Assembly: GCA_964405235.1 (NCBI GenBank)
Contig: CAYONG010000135.1
Span: 1,346-65,345, forward strand
Source: an uncultured bacterium
Lineage (GTDB): Bacteria > Eisenbacteria > RBG-16-71-46
Length of the DNA stretch: 64,000 nucleotides
Reading direction: 5' to 3'
Part shown: positions 22,254 through 32,191 of the stretch, one piece after another
Numbering within the stretch: the first letter of the stretch is position 1
How the letters are laid out: the number at the start of each line of letters is the position of its first letter
Notes under the pieces: model-generated
What the model was told of the DNA's origin: nothing
Seen by the model: only the letters and a program-made list of their open reading frames with translations
Database searches by the model: none
Position numbers and translations under genes: made by a program

Positions 22254-24242
22254 CTACGATGTCGGCCGGGTGAACCGGTATAGGCGTACCTCCTCGTTGG
22301 CGATCTCTTCGTCCCACTGCGAACGCCTCCGGAATCCCTCCCAGACGGCATCGGAGACCTCGCCTCGCCGTAGCAGCAGGTACAGGGGCATGTCGAACCC
22401 CTCGAGGTAGAGGGCCTGCGTCTCATTCAATTGCCCATCGGCGAACAGGGTGCGCTGGATGCCCCTGCGGACCTGGAACTCCTCCATCAGCGCCAGCATG
22501 TCGCGGCTTCGCGCCTGGCCGCCGTCGAAGTGGTTCGAGAGATAGACGTCCAATGAGCCGCAGAACACCCGCCGCTCGCCGAGCACCGGGACCGGCTCGT
22601 TCACCGTCGGGCGCGGCAGCTCGATCACTACCGCATCTACGGGCAACCGCTCACGCATGAACCGGTACACACCGTTCTCCGGCCCGGTCGCGAGCGGCAG
22701 CTGGCGCGCCGCCGGCGCATCCCCGCGGATCAGCATGCCCGGCGAGCGACGGTCGCTGGCGGTCCCGATCGCGTAGAGCCCGGCGGTCGGGAGGATCAAG
22801 GCGGTGAGCAGGGCGAGGCGCGCCACCGTGGGCAGCCGCATGCGATCGCCCCACCACACGACCCCCGCGGTCGCCAGCGGGGCCAGTGACACCCAGACGA
22901 GGTAGAAGAACTTGTCGCTGTTGTATTCGGGGAGCACGACCATGACCGCGATTCCCACCGCGGCGACGGCGGCGGCGAGGGTGAACCGGCCCGCGGCACC
23001 GCCGCGCCAGGCCGTAATGAGAGCCGGGGCCACTACCACCCACCAGGGCCCAATCGCGAGCAGCAGCGACCAGAGGTTGCGCGAGTAGATCCCGAGATGC
23101 ACGGCGGTGGTCGTCCCCGGCACACTGCATGCGCGGATCCAGGCGGCCCCGGCGGCGGTCGCGAGCGCGAGCGCACCGAGCAGCGCGAAGCCTGCGCCCC
23201 GCCGCTTGCCAGCGGCTACGGCCGCGACGGTCCCCACGCAGATCGACACCACCGCGAACGCCGCGTAGGCGGGGTGGATCGCGAACAGGGCGAGCGCGAG
23301 CAGCAGGGTCATGAGCCAGGCGGCGCGCGATGGGCGGTCGAGCGCTCGGGCCACGCTCCACGCGGTCGCGATCCCCAGCGCGATCGCGGGGGTGAGCGCG
23401 GTACCGGTCCAGAACCGGTTGAGCAGCGAGACGTGCCAGGGTGGGAACATCCAGGCGAGCCCGTTCGCCGCCCCGTTGGTACTCGCGAAATCGGCGATGG
23501 CGGCCATGAGCCCACGGGTCTCCCCGACCGCTCCGCGGATCAGCCAGTAGCACCAGCCCAGCGGGTCGAGACCCAGCACCACGATGGCGCCGACCCACAC
23601 TGCGGCGCCCCGGCCAAATGCACGGTAGGCGAGCTGGGCGGCCGCCAGCACGGTCACGAACGCCGCCCAGGCGTTGATCAGCGCCATCGTGTGGAAGGGC
23701 GAGAGCCTGCCGGCCGTCCCCAGCAACGCCAGGAGGAAGTGGTAGACCCAAGCGTAGTAGAGGGGCACGCCGGCGAAGTTCGGATCCTGTGGCGGAACCC
23801 CGCGGCGGGCGACCTCGAGCGTCGCCGCGGCGTGGAACCACGCGTCGCTCCACATCCGCACCATCGGAACCGAGAGCGCCACGCCGGAAACCAGCAGGGT
23901 GGCCAGCAAGGCGCTCGTCAAAGCCACGACCGAGGGAAACCCATGCCCGCGCTCGGGCAGGGGCTCGGGCGGGGGCGCCTGCGAACCAGGCGCCGAGCGC
24001 GGCCACAGCGCGGCGACGATCCAGATGAACTCGGATTGCCACAGGCACGTATCCAATGGCAGGCGCACGAACAGCGCGAGCACCAACGCCGGCGCGGCGA
24101 GGGCGAACGGCGCCAGCGTCGTCGCGAGCAGGAACCGCTCGGTGAGGCGTAAGCCCCGGCCGGGATGGCGGAACACGGCGACCGCGGGCGGCACGAGCAC
24201 CGCGATCACGACGCCCAAGCCACGCAGTGTCTCGCTCCCCAT
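22254..24242 (-). CDS. Large polytopic membrane protein, GT-C-like (ArnT/PMT-like glycosyltransferase or polymerase-like) with a C-terminal soluble domain
   Basis: About 13 hydrophobic segments over 470 aa, followed by a 190-aa soluble tail. It is the last gene of the operon 27178->22254. The function is inferred from architecture only. Confidence 0.55.
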   Translation of the reverse strand: MGSETLRGLGVVIAVLVPPAVAVFRHPGRGLRLTERFLLATTLAPFALAAPALVLALFVRLPLDTCLWQSEFIWIVAALWPRSAPGSQAPPPEPLPERGHGFPSVVALTSALLATLLVSGVALSVPMVRMWSDAWFHAAATLEVARRGVPPQDPNFAGVPLYYAWVYHFLLALLGTAGRLSPFHTMALINAWAAFVTVLAAAQLAYRAFGRGAAVWVGAIVVLGLDPLGWCYWLIRGAVGETRGLMAAIADFASTNGAANGLAWMFPPWHVSLLNRFWTGTALTPAIALGIATAWSVARALDRPSRAAWLMTLLLALALFAIHPAYAAFAVVSICVGTVAAVAAGKRRGAGFALLGALALATAAGAAWIRACSVPGTTTAVHLGIYSRNLWSLLLAIGPWWVVVAPALITAWRGGAAGRFTLAAAVAAVGIAVMVVLPEYNSDKFFYLVWVSLAPLATAGVVWWGDRMRLPTVARLALLTALILPTAGLYAIGTASDRRSPGMLIRGDAPAARQLPLATGPENGVYRFMRERLPVDAVVIELPRPTVNEPVPVLGERRVFCGSLDVYLSNHFDGGQARSRDMLALMEEFQVRRGIQRTLFADGQLNETQALYLEGFDMPLYLLLRRGEVSDAVWEGFRRRSQWDEEIANEEVRLYRFTRPTS

Positions 24243-24263
24243 CCGCTCTCCCGCCGGGGCGTG

Positions 24264-25133
24264 TCAGGCCTTCAGTGCCCGCAGCTCCGCAGTCAGGTCC
24301 TCGAGATCCACCAGATCGGCGACCACGCCGTGCGCTCCGTGGTCGAGCGCGTAGCGCGCACCCTCGATCAGCGGCACCGTCCCGGCCGCGCGCACTTCCT
24401 TGGCGAGCACCGGCACCTTCGAAACGCGCAGCGCCGCCAGCAGCTCGTCGGAACTGGGCTTCATCAGGAGTCCGCGCGGATTGATCGGACCGACGACCAG
24501 GTCAGGTGTGATCCCCCACTCACGCAGCCGACTGAGGAGGTGACCCAGGTTGTGGGTCTCGAACCCGGCGGCGGCGCCGAAGCGGCCGCGCACGAATTGT
24601 CCGAAGTGCTCGAAGAACACGCGATGCCGGCCGGCCAGCGCCAGATCGGTCAGCGGCGCTGCGAGCACCACGGCCCGCAGATCCCTGGCGCCGAGCGCGG
24701 CCGCTTCCAGCTCGAGCAGCAGCGGGACCATCCCGGTGAAGTCGCTCTTGAGCACCGCGAGCGTGTGGGTGAGGCCGGTGAAACCGAGGCGCGCAAGCGT
24801 GAGCGGGCTGGCCCGCCGCACGCGCTTCAGGGCCGCCCCGACCAGCCCCAAGTCGGAGGAATCCCGCACGTACTCGGGCACGTTGGGGAGCAGCGCGTAG
24901 ATGGGGACCGACTGCTTGAGCTCGGCGAGCGCCGCGCGCAGCGGCTGTGACGGGCTGACGAGCACACCCTCGGCGCCCGCCGCCAGCGCCTTCGAAAGGG
25001 TTACGGCGAGGGTCTCTGGGTCGTTGTAGCGCGCGGTGAGGGCGAGCATGCGGTCGCGCGGCGCGCGCGAGACACCGAGCAGGGACTCGCCGCCCAGCAG
25101 CAGGCGTGGCGCGACGAAGGGCGGCCGCGTCAC
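24264..25133 (-). CDS. Hypothetical protein (289 aa), family not recognised
   Basis: Clean ORF with host-like codon bias. Its start overlaps the upstream stop as ATGA, so it is probably translationally coupled to the SDR::GFO fusion. Confidence 0.7.
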   Translation of the reverse strand: MTRPPFVAPRLLLGGESLLGVSRAPRDRMLALTARYNDPETLAVTLSKALAAGAEGVLVSPSQPLRAALAELKQSVPIYALLPNVPEYVRDSSDLGLVGAALKRVRRASPLTLARLGFTGLTHTLAVLKSDFTGMVPLLLELEAAALGARDLRAVVLAAPLTDLALAGRHRVFFEHFGQFVRGRFGAAAGFETHNLGHLLSRLREWGITPDLVVGPINPRGLLMKPSSDELLAALRVSKVPVLAKEVRAAGTVPLIEGARYALDHGAHGVVADLVDLEDLTAELRALKA

Positions 25134-27178
25134 CCACCCACCCGCACGGCAGCGCCGCCCGCGGTGGCGGAGCGATAGAGCGCATCCATCGCGCGCTGCA
25201 CCCTGACCGCCGCCTCGACCGTGGTGGGCGGCGGCGGACCACCCGTCGCCCAGGCCAGGAAGGCGGCGTCCTCGAGGTAGTAACCGTCGCCGTTCACGTC
25301 GAAGCGCGCGGGCTGGGGCAGTTCGGCGTGCCGCATCCGGGTGTGGCCCGCGGGCCAGCCGTCACGGGCCTCGAGGAGATCCAGCTCGAACGCGTCGTTC
25401 GAGATCAGTAGCTTGCCGTTCTCACCGTCCAGTTCGATCACCACCGCCGAGAGCGGGTAGCCCGGCACGCTCCACGAGGAGTCGAACCCGACCTCGGCCC
25501 CGCTCGCCAACGTCATCATCCCGTGCAGCTCGTCCTCGACCGCCCCGTAGAGCTTCTTCCAGGTCGCGCGCACCTCGACCGGCGTCCCCAGGTACCACTC
25601 GAGCAGGAACAGCAGGTGCGACGAGATGTTCGCCACCACGCCGCCGCCCGAGCGGGCCGGGTCGTACATCCATCCCCGACGGGGCCCGAAGACCTGCGAG
25701 AGATACATTGAGGAGCGCGCCTGGCGCAGCGTCCCGATCGCCGCAACCGCGTCGCGGGCCCGTGCGAACACTGGCAGGTAGGCGAGCGTGTAGCCGCACG
25801 AGACCGGCAGGCCGGTCCGGGCCGAGAGTGCGGCCAGCGCCTCGGCGTCGGCGAGCGTGTGGGCGAGCGGTTTCTCGACGAACACTGCCGCCCCCGCCTC
25901 GAGCGCCATCTTCGCGAGCCGGAGGTGGACGTCCTGCTGGGTGCATACCATCACAGCGTCCGGGCGCGTGGCCGCCAGCATCTTCTCGAGGCTGGTGAAG
26001 AACGGTGCCTGGTAGCCCATTCCGCGCACGGTCTTGCCGAGTGGCGCGTGATGGTCCGCGATCCCGACCACCTCGCAGTCGGGAATCATCGAGAGCACGG
26101 CGGTATGCGCCACCCCCATCTTGCCAAGACCGACCACCGCGACCCGCACCGGGCGCAACGGTCGCGGCGCGGTCACGAGCGGCGCCGGCGAGGGATGGGC
26201 GATCGGGCCGCGCGCCTGCGCGCCTGCGGCCTCCGCGCTGGTCGCTGCGGCGACGACGGTGCCGGCGGCGCCACCGCCGGCGGCACCCGCAGCCCCACGC
26301 CCGAAGGCTTCGAGTCCGTCCACCAGCGGCGTCCAGCGGATCGCAAAATCGCGCCGCGCCGGAGCGCGATCCACGCGGGCGGGCGAGGTCATGCCGAGCA
26401 CGTTGTCCACCGACACCGGCGGGCGCTTCGAGATTAGACCGAGCACCGCGGCCATCACGAGCGCGATGCCGCCCGGAATGTGGACGACAGGCCGGTGGAT
26501 GCCCAGCTCGCGCGATAGCCGGTCCAGGAACTCGTTGAAGGTCACCCGGTCGGGGCCGAGCAGGTCGTAGGTTTTCCCCACCACGTCGGCGCGGGTGACG
26601 CACTGGACCAGGACCTCGCACACGTCGTCGACGTGGATCGGGTCCAACTCGATGCGTCCGTTCCCGATCACCGGCACCACCGGAAGCGCGCGCAGGTAGC
26701 CGGCCAACGTCGCGAACAGCCCCACCGGCGCCGCGCCGTAGACCAGTGAAGGCCGCACCGTCACCCACTCGAGCCCCGAGTGGGCGACCATCGCCTCGCC
26801 CTCCCGCTTGGTGCGCCCGTAGGGGCCCATGCGCTCGCGGGTGGCCGAGATGGTCGAGACGAACACGAACCGCCGCGCACCGTGGCGCTGGGCGGCGTCG
26901 AGTAGAGCGCGCGTCCCGTCCACGTTCACGCGGCGGACCTGGGCCTGGTCCGCCACCCCTGTGGCGCAGGCCAGGTGGATCACCGCGTCCATGCCCTGGG
27001 TCGCGCGGTCAAGCGACCCGGCATTGAGCAGGTCGCCCGCGAACGCCTCGATCCGGGTCTGCCTGGGGACACTTTCCGGGCGGCGTGCCAGCGCGCGGAC
27101 CTCGTGCCCGCCGGCAGCCAGCCGCGAGACCAGCGACTGCCCAATGAACCCGGACGCGCCGGTGACCAACACCTTCAT
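25130..27178 (-). CDS. Bifunctional fusion: N-terminal NAD-dependent epimerase/dehydratase (extended SDR) and C-terminal Gfo/Idh/MocA-family oxidoreductase
   Basis: MKVLVTGASGFIGQSLV (Rossmann GxxGxxG) and the YGRTK catalytic YxxxK. An Ala/Gly-rich linker follows. Then VRVAVVGLGKMGVAHT...VFVEKPLAHT (Gfo/Idh/MocA EKP motif). Confidence 0.8.
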   Translation of the reverse strand: MKVLVTGASGFIGQSLVSRLAAGGHEVRALARRPESVPRQTRIEAFAGDLLNAGSLDRATQGMDAVIHLACATGVADQAQVRRVNVDGTRALLDAAQRHGARRFVFVSTISATRERMGPYGRTKREGEAMVAHSGLEWVTVRPSLVYGAAPVGLFATLAGYLRALPVVPVIGNGRIELDPIHVDDVCEVLVQCVTRADVVGKTYDLLGPDRVTFNEFLDRLSRELGIHRPVVHIPGGIALVMAAVLGLISKRPPVSVDNVLGMTSPARVDRAPARRDFAIRWTPLVDGLEAFGRGAAGAAGGGAAGTVVAAATSAEAAGAQARGPIAHPSPAPLVTAPRPLRPVRVAVVGLGKMGVAHTAVLSMIPDCEVVGIADHHAPLGKTVRGMGYQAPFFTSLEKMLAATRPDAVMVCTQQDVHLRLAKMALEAGAAVFVEKPLAHTLADAEALAALSARTGLPVSCGYTLAYLPVFARARDAVAAIGTLRQARSSMYLSQVFGPRRGWMYDPARSGGGVVANISSHLLFLLEWYLGTPVEVRATWKKLYGAVEDELHGMMTLASGAEVGFDSSWSVPGYPLSAVVIELDGENGKLLISNDAFELDLLEARDGWPAGHTRMRHAELPQPARFDVNGDGYYLEDAAFLAWATGGPPPPTTVEAAVRVQRAMDALYRSATAGGAAVRVGG

Positions 27179-27413
27179 GATCGGGGGGCGAACCGCAAGT
27201 GAGTGGGGGCTCGGGGGTTCGGGCGTGTTCTCGCGCGAATGCGAACGCGCATCGTCCGGCACGCCGGGCACTTCCCGGTGCCGAGTGAGCGAGGCAGTCT
27301 ACACGCGGGCTGGACGGGCGGCAAACCCGCCTGCACGAATGGGTCCCGGGCGGCAGAGCGTCGCACGTCCGGGACCCTTCGCACTCACTCCGCCCGGTCT
27401 TCTGGAGAGCCCG

Positions 27414-27439
27414 GATCGGGCGAAACCTGCAGCCCGATC
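27414..27439 (-). terminator. GC-rich hairpin 2 nt downstream of the lemA stop (possible terminator, no U-tract)
   Basis: gatcgggc (27414-27421) pairs with gcccgatc (27432-27439), giving an 8-bp perfect stem and a 10-nt loop. Confidence 0.25.
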
Positions 27440-27441
27440 GG

Positions 27442-28020
27442 TCAGCTCGCCATCGCGAACTTGATCTCGATGTCTTCTCGATCCGCATCCTCCACCTTGA
27501 ACAGCTCGGCGGGCGCCAGGGCGAGCCAGCGGGCGACGATCGCGTCGGGCAACTGCTCGATCCGCGTGTTGAAGGTGGTCACGGTGTCGTTGTAGTACTC
27601 GCGCCGGTCGGCGACCTGGTTCTCGATCTCGCTGATGCGGCTCTGGAGCTGGAGGAACGACAGGTTGGCCTTGAGATCGGGGTAGCTTTCGGCCACCGCG
27701 AAGAATCCTCCCAGCGCGTGCGTGAGCATGCTCTCCGCCCCGCTGCGCTGCTCGACGCTCCTGGCCTTCATGAGCGCGCCACGCGCTTCGCTCAGCCGGT
27801 CGAACACCGCGCGCTCGTGCTGCATGTAGCCCTCGCAGGTCTTCACCAGCTTGGGCAGTTCGTCGTGCCGTTGCTTGAGCAGCACGTCGATGTTGGCCCA
27901 CGAGCGACCGATGTTGTTCTTCAGCGACACTAGGCTGTTGTAGATGGACAGCCCGTACCCGACGCTGCCGACGACCACGAGACCGATGACGACGGTCCAG
28001 AGGATCTCCCCAGGATGCAT
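27442..28020 (-). CDS. lemA: LemA family protein
   Basis: N-terminal TM, then YNSLVSLKNNIGRSWANIDVLLKQRHDELPKLV...YPDLKAN..F..LQ......EN.....R..YN, the canonical LemA pattern. Confidence 0.9.
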   Translation of the reverse strand: MHPGEILWTVVIGLVVVGSVGYGLSIYNSLVSLKNNIGRSWANIDVLLKQRHDELPKLVKTCEGYMQHERAVFDRLSEARGALMKARSVEQRSGAESMLTHALGGFFAVAESYPDLKANLSFLQLQSRISEIENQVADRREYYNDTVTTFNTRIEQLPDAIVARWLALAPAELFKVEDADREDIEIKFAMAS

Positions 28021-28069
28021 CTCACGCCTCCCACAGAATTAGGTTCGAGACTCGTTGCCCCGCTCCCGG

Positions 28070-28889
28070 TTACCAGGGCTTTCGCCCCGAGGACATTGCC
28101 ATGAGCCAGTAGCCGAGTCCGCCCACCGTGAGTACCGGCCCCCCCACCAGCTGGAGGAGAGCGCGGGCGCCGAGGCTGAGCATCAGGCCCTTCTCCGACT
28201 CCTGGCTGACGATAAAGGTGGATTCGTTCTCGCCGCGCCGCACGACGGCGACGACCTCACGATCGAGTGTGGTCCGTCGCGTCGCCATCGGCCCATCGGT
28301 GCCGGTCGCCTGCAATTCCTCGCTCTCGGCCACGACGCGCGCCTGGCTGCGGGGCATCGCGGTGCCGAGCACGTACACCCGCTGGCCCGCCTCCAGCACG
28401 CGCTCGCGGAAGCGCAGGTGCCCGATACGGGCGATCCGGCCGAACACCGACGTGTGCGCGTCCATGTACTCCGCGTAGCACGGCGGGAGCATCAACCCCG
28501 GGCAATGCTCCTCTGTGCCGAAGCGGATACTGCATTGGGCTCCATGCGGGTAGACCAGCGCCGCGCCCGTGTCGTCGCTCAGGTAGAACGGATTCCCGGA
28601 CTGGTTCCGGTGCACGATCCGCCAGCTCTGCCGGCTCTGGATCGCGACGTCGACCTCCCAGTAGGCGCACGGCTTGCCCGAGAAGGGTGCACGCAGCATG
28701 CTGCGCGGCTCGACGGCGCCGTTGATCTCGACCAGGCCCATCGCCATGGAGCGGATGCGCGCAGTCGGCGTGTTGGCGATCAGCCGCCGGGTGCGCAGCG
28801 TGCGGAACCCCCGGTAGTAGAGCCAGGGTCCAGTCGCCAGCCCCGCGGTCGCCCAGATCGCAGTCTCGAGATTCGTCATCGTCGCCCCT
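28070..28889 (-). CDS. GIDE-domain membrane protein (bacterial homologue of the MUL1/GIDE region)
   Basis: N-terminal TM and a C-terminal TM pair. GLVEINGAVEPRSMLRAPFSGKPCAYWEVDV is the GIDE signature (G.V......L.[AS]P.SG..C..Y). Confidence 0.75.
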
Positions 28890-29841
28890 AGAAACGCCCC
28901 TGGGTGTGTAGCTGATCGGCCGCGTGTGCCAGGTAGAGGAGGCCGGTGAGGCTCAGGGCCGGCCCGAGCAGCAGTCCGAGCGTCCGCCACCGCGACATGA
29001 CGAGCTGATCGCCCGCGGGCGGTGCGTCCGAGACCAGGACGAAATCCAACAGGCCCCCGCCGTCCACCCACAGGTCTACGTCGCCCGGGAAGGGACGTCC
29101 GGGCGCCCGGCGCTCGATCCCGAACGGGCCGGTTCTCTTGGGCGGGATGCTCTCCGGCGCCCCCGCGGGCTCCACATCCGGCTCCTCCGCCCGCTCCGGG
29201 ACCAGATAGATCGCCTGTTGGGGGCGGCCCGAGACCATTTGGACCACGTCATCGGTGCCGGTGCGCACCAGCTCCATCTCGGGCGACAGCTCGTACGGCC
29301 TCGCGCGCCGGACTTGGCCGACGACGTGCGTCTGGGCCCCGGCGAACAGGGCGTGTTCGGTGAGCACCATCGGCATGCCACGGTGCTTGAGCAGGAGGAC
29401 GTCCGCCGAGCGACCCAGCAGGGCGGCAAGCCGCTCACTCACGCTCTCGTCTGGCGCGATCTCCCGGCGCCCGGTCTCGGAGACGACCCAGCGTCCCGCG
29501 CCCGCCATGACCCGCGCGCTGGTGTCGCCGCTGACGATCCGGAATGGACGGCGCTCTTCGACCACAGTCGCCCTGGCCGCGCCGCTGCCCTGCACCTCGA
29601 GCCGGTACCCGGCGCACGGCCTCCCCGTGAGCGGCGAGAAGAGCGGGCTGTCGAGAAGGACGCGGCCGCGCGTGTGGATGAATCCGACCGGCTCTTCGTC
29701 GAGTGGGCGCTCGCTCAGCTTTTCGAACTGCCGCCGCAGGCGAAACGTGCGAAGCCCGTCACTGAATATCGGAGCACCTCCGGCGACCGCGAGCGCGGCG
29801 AAGGCGGCCCCAGCAATGGTGGGCTGCAGGAGGATTTCCAT
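28888..29841 (-). CDS. Second, divergent GIDE-like membrane protein
   Basis: Same architecture as the neighbour. FIHTRGRVLLDSPLFSPLTGRPCAGYRLEV is a GIDE-like signature. It overlaps the downstream GIDE gene by 2 nt. Confidence 0.65.
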   Translation of the reverse strand: MEILLQPTIAGAAFAALAVAGGAPIFSDGLRTFRLRRQFEKLSERPLDEEPVGFIHTRGRVLLDSPLFSPLTGRPCAGYRLEVQGSGAARATVVEERRPFRIVSGDTSARVMAGAGRWVVSETGRREIAPDESVSERLAALLGRSADVLLLKHRGMPMVLTEHALFAGAQTHVVGQVRRARPYELSPEMELVRTGTDDVVQMVSGRPQQAIYLVPERAEEPDVEPAGAPESIPPKRTGPFGIERRAPGRPFPGDVDLWVDGGGLLDFVLVSDAPPAGDQLVMSRWRTLGLLLGPALSLTGLLYLAHAADQLHTQGRF

Positions 29842-29943
29842 GGTGCGAGGGTTATCGGCCCCTCGCACCCCTCGCCTGAGTCCGAAACAGAGTGCAGGCA
29901 GGAGGTTCCCGGCCGCGTGAGCGGCCCGGGCGTTCGGGGCGGC

Positions 29944-30723
29944 TCAGCGCGCGCTGGCGAGCGCCCGACCCCCGTCTATCGAGCAGCAGGTGCCGGTGAT
30001 CCAGCCGGCCTCGTCGGCCAGGAGATACAGGACCAGCGATGCGACCTCGTCCGGGGTCCCCACCCGGCCGATGGGATGGGTCCCCTTCGAGCGCTCGAGG
30101 AAGGCGGCGTAGTCGGGAATCGCCTGGGTGACGGTGTGGAGCTCGGTCACCACGACGCCCGGATTCACCGCGTTGACCCGCACACAGTGCGGCGCCAGAT
30201 CGAGGGCCGCACACTGGGTGAACATGTCGACGCCGGCCTTGCTGACGCAGTAGGCCATGAGCCCAGCATAGGGACGGAGCCCCGCGACCGACGAGATGCT
30301 CACCACGCTCCCCTTGCGCTTGATCAACTCGGGGGCCGCAGCGCGCGTGAGCAGGTAGACCGACTTGAGGTTCGAGTCCACCATGCGGTCCCACTCGGCC
30401 GGGACCGTCCCGAGGAGCCCGAGACCGGGCCCGATGACCCCCGCCGCGTTCACCAGGTGGTCGAGCCCGCCGAAACGCCCGGCTGCGGTCGCCACCCACG
30501 TGGCGCAGACCGCTTCGTCACGCACGTCGCCCTCGACCGCGATCGCGGTGCCACCCGCCGACTCGATGCTCGAGACCACCTCGGCCAGCCGTTCGCGTCG
30601 CCGGCCGGTGGCCACGATGCGGGCGCCCTCGGCGCCGAGGGCGAGCGCGCACGCGCGGCCGATGCCGCTGCTCGCGCCGGTCACCAGCGCGACGCGGTCC
30701 TTGAATCGTATGCCTTGCGACAT
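29944..30723 (-). CDS. Classical SDR oxidoreductase (FabG-like)
   Basis: TGASSGIG, NAAG, S...YCVSK catalytic residues and PGVVVT. Confidence 0.9.
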   Translation of the reverse strand: MSQGIRFKDRVALVTGASSGIGRACALALGAEGARIVATGRRRERLAEVVSSIESAGGTAIAVEGDVRDEAVCATWVATAAGRFGGLDHLVNAAGVIGPGLGLLGTVPAEWDRMVDSNLKSVYLLTRAAAPELIKRKGSVVSISSVAGLRPYAGLMAYCVSKAGVDMFTQCAALDLAPHCVRVNAVNPGVVVTELHTVTQAIPDYAAFLERSKGTHPIGRVGTPDEVASLVLYLLADEAGWITGTCCSIDGGRALASAR

Positions 30724-30888
30724 GTCCCCCTCACTCGTCGTGGGTAATCCCGTCGGGTGATCCCAGACATCGCGCGGACGCTCCCGCGCCCCGGCACCCT
30801 AGCCGAGGCGCTCGGCGGGCGTCCATCCGTTGCCTGGGGGAGCCGGGCAGAGGTTGAGAGCCTGCCCACCGGAGCGCATCATACGGCG

Positions 30889-31440
30889 ATGCGGATGATC
30901 GGACAGGAATTCGAGGCTCTGGCGGACGATCTCGACGCGACGATCGCCGAAATCCTCGCGGCGATCGGACAGGCCTCCGGACGGTGGGAACACGGCCGGC
31001 CCGGCAGTTGGACGGTCGGCCACCACGCCGCGCACGTCGGCATCACCCTGCTGCGGACGGCCGAGGATCTCGAAGCAGCGGAGCGGTCGTTGCGCGCCGG
31101 GACGCTCGCGCCGGTGCCGACGAAGCGCGACCCGATCCAGAGACTGTTCGTGTGGCTGGTCGCGGGACGCGGATTCATGCCGCGCGGCGGAAAGACCGCG
31201 GGCTGGGCGGTGCCGCCCGAACGGCCCGACCTGCGGCACGCGCTCGATGCGCTGCGGCAGGGGGCGGACCGCCATCGCGTCCTCGGTGCGCGACTTGACG
31301 CCGGAGAGCGGGACCGGCTCTGGATCGCAAACCCGTTCAAGGCGGGCTGGCATTACCGCATGCCGGAGGTGGTGCGGGTCCAGGCAGTCCATGCGCGGCA
31401 CCACGCGAAACAGATCGCGCAGATCGCGGTCCAATCCTGA
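30889..31440 (+). CDS. DinB-superfamily (DinB_2-like) protein
   Basis: Four-helix-bundle His pattern: WTVGHHAAHV ... VHARHHAKQI. Confidence 0.7.
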   Translation: MRMIGQEFEALADDLDATIAEILAAIGQASGRWEHGRPGSWTVGHHAAHVGITLLRTAEDLEAAERSLRAGTLAPVPTKRDPIQRLFVWLVAGRGFMPRGGKTAGWAVPPERPDLRHALDALRQGADRHRVLGARLDAGERDRLWIANPFKAGWHYRMPEVVRVQAVHARHHAKQIAQIAVQS

Positions 31441-31563
31441 TCAATCCGCCTTCTTCTCCCGCTCCCGCTGCTCGCGGCGCTCCTGTGCCCGGCCCTTGCG
31501 ATAGCCGTACGCGTAGACGAGCGCGGCCGCGACCACGTGGAGCAGCCACCATGCGGGCTTCAT
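31441..31563 (-). CDS. Possible 40-aa membrane peptide (MKPAWWLLHVVAAALVYAYGY + charged tail)
   Basis: ORF only. One TM followed by an RKGRAQERREQREREKK tail. The RBS is weak. The start could instead be GTG 31641. Confidence 0.25.
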   Translation of the reverse strand: MKPAWWLLHVVAAALVYAYGYRKGRAQERREQREREKKAD

Positions 31564-31647
31564 GAACTGCAACCCATCCGGCAGTAGCGAGCCCGACCCA
31601 TTCAAGATCACCATTGGGCGAGAGTCCGCCTCATGCGACACCGGGGC

Positions 31648-32103
31648 TCATCGGCTCCGGCCCCCAAGGCTCTTGAGGAACTCGCGATCGCCTGCCAGGA
31701 CGGTGTCGAGGTCGATGGCGTCGGGCGTCAGCCAGCGCGCCGCATGCACCGCCGCGCTGGGTGTGAACTCGAACGTGGCCAGCTCGCAGCGCACGAAGCT
31801 GACCTCGACCTCGAGCCCGTGCGGGTAGTCGTGGGTGTCCACATCGAGCACCTCGTGCGCCGTGGCGTGGACGCCCAGTTCCTCGCGGATCTCGCGGACC
31901 AGCGCGTACCCGGGGCTCTCGCCCGCCTCGATCTTGCCGCCCGGCAGCTCCCACTGGAGCCCGAGCGGGCCTCCCGGAGGTCGCTGGGTCAGCAGCAGCC
32001 GCGCGTCGCGCCATACCACCGCGGCCACAACGCGAATGCGCCGGCCGGCGAAGGACACGGGCGGGTGCTGGGCGTGCGGGGCCGGCCCAAGCTCATCGCT
32101 CAT
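31648..32103 (-). CDS. NUDIX hydrolase (MutT-like)
   Basis: Nudix box GGKIEAGESPGYALVREIREELGV. Confidence 0.85.
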   Translation of the reverse strand: MSDELGPAPHAQHPPVSFAGRRIRVVAAVVWRDARLLLTQRPPGGPLGLQWELPGGKIEAGESPGYALVREIREELGVHATAHEVLDVDTHDYPHGLEVEVSFVRCELATFEFTPSAAVHAARWLTPDAIDLDTVLAGDREFLKSLGGRSR

Positions 32104-32191
32104 CGGGTCCTCCGGAGGCCGTTTCCACGCCGTCGCCTCGGTCGGCACGCCGCACGGGATGTGCACAGCATGGCATCCGATCCGAACGCGT

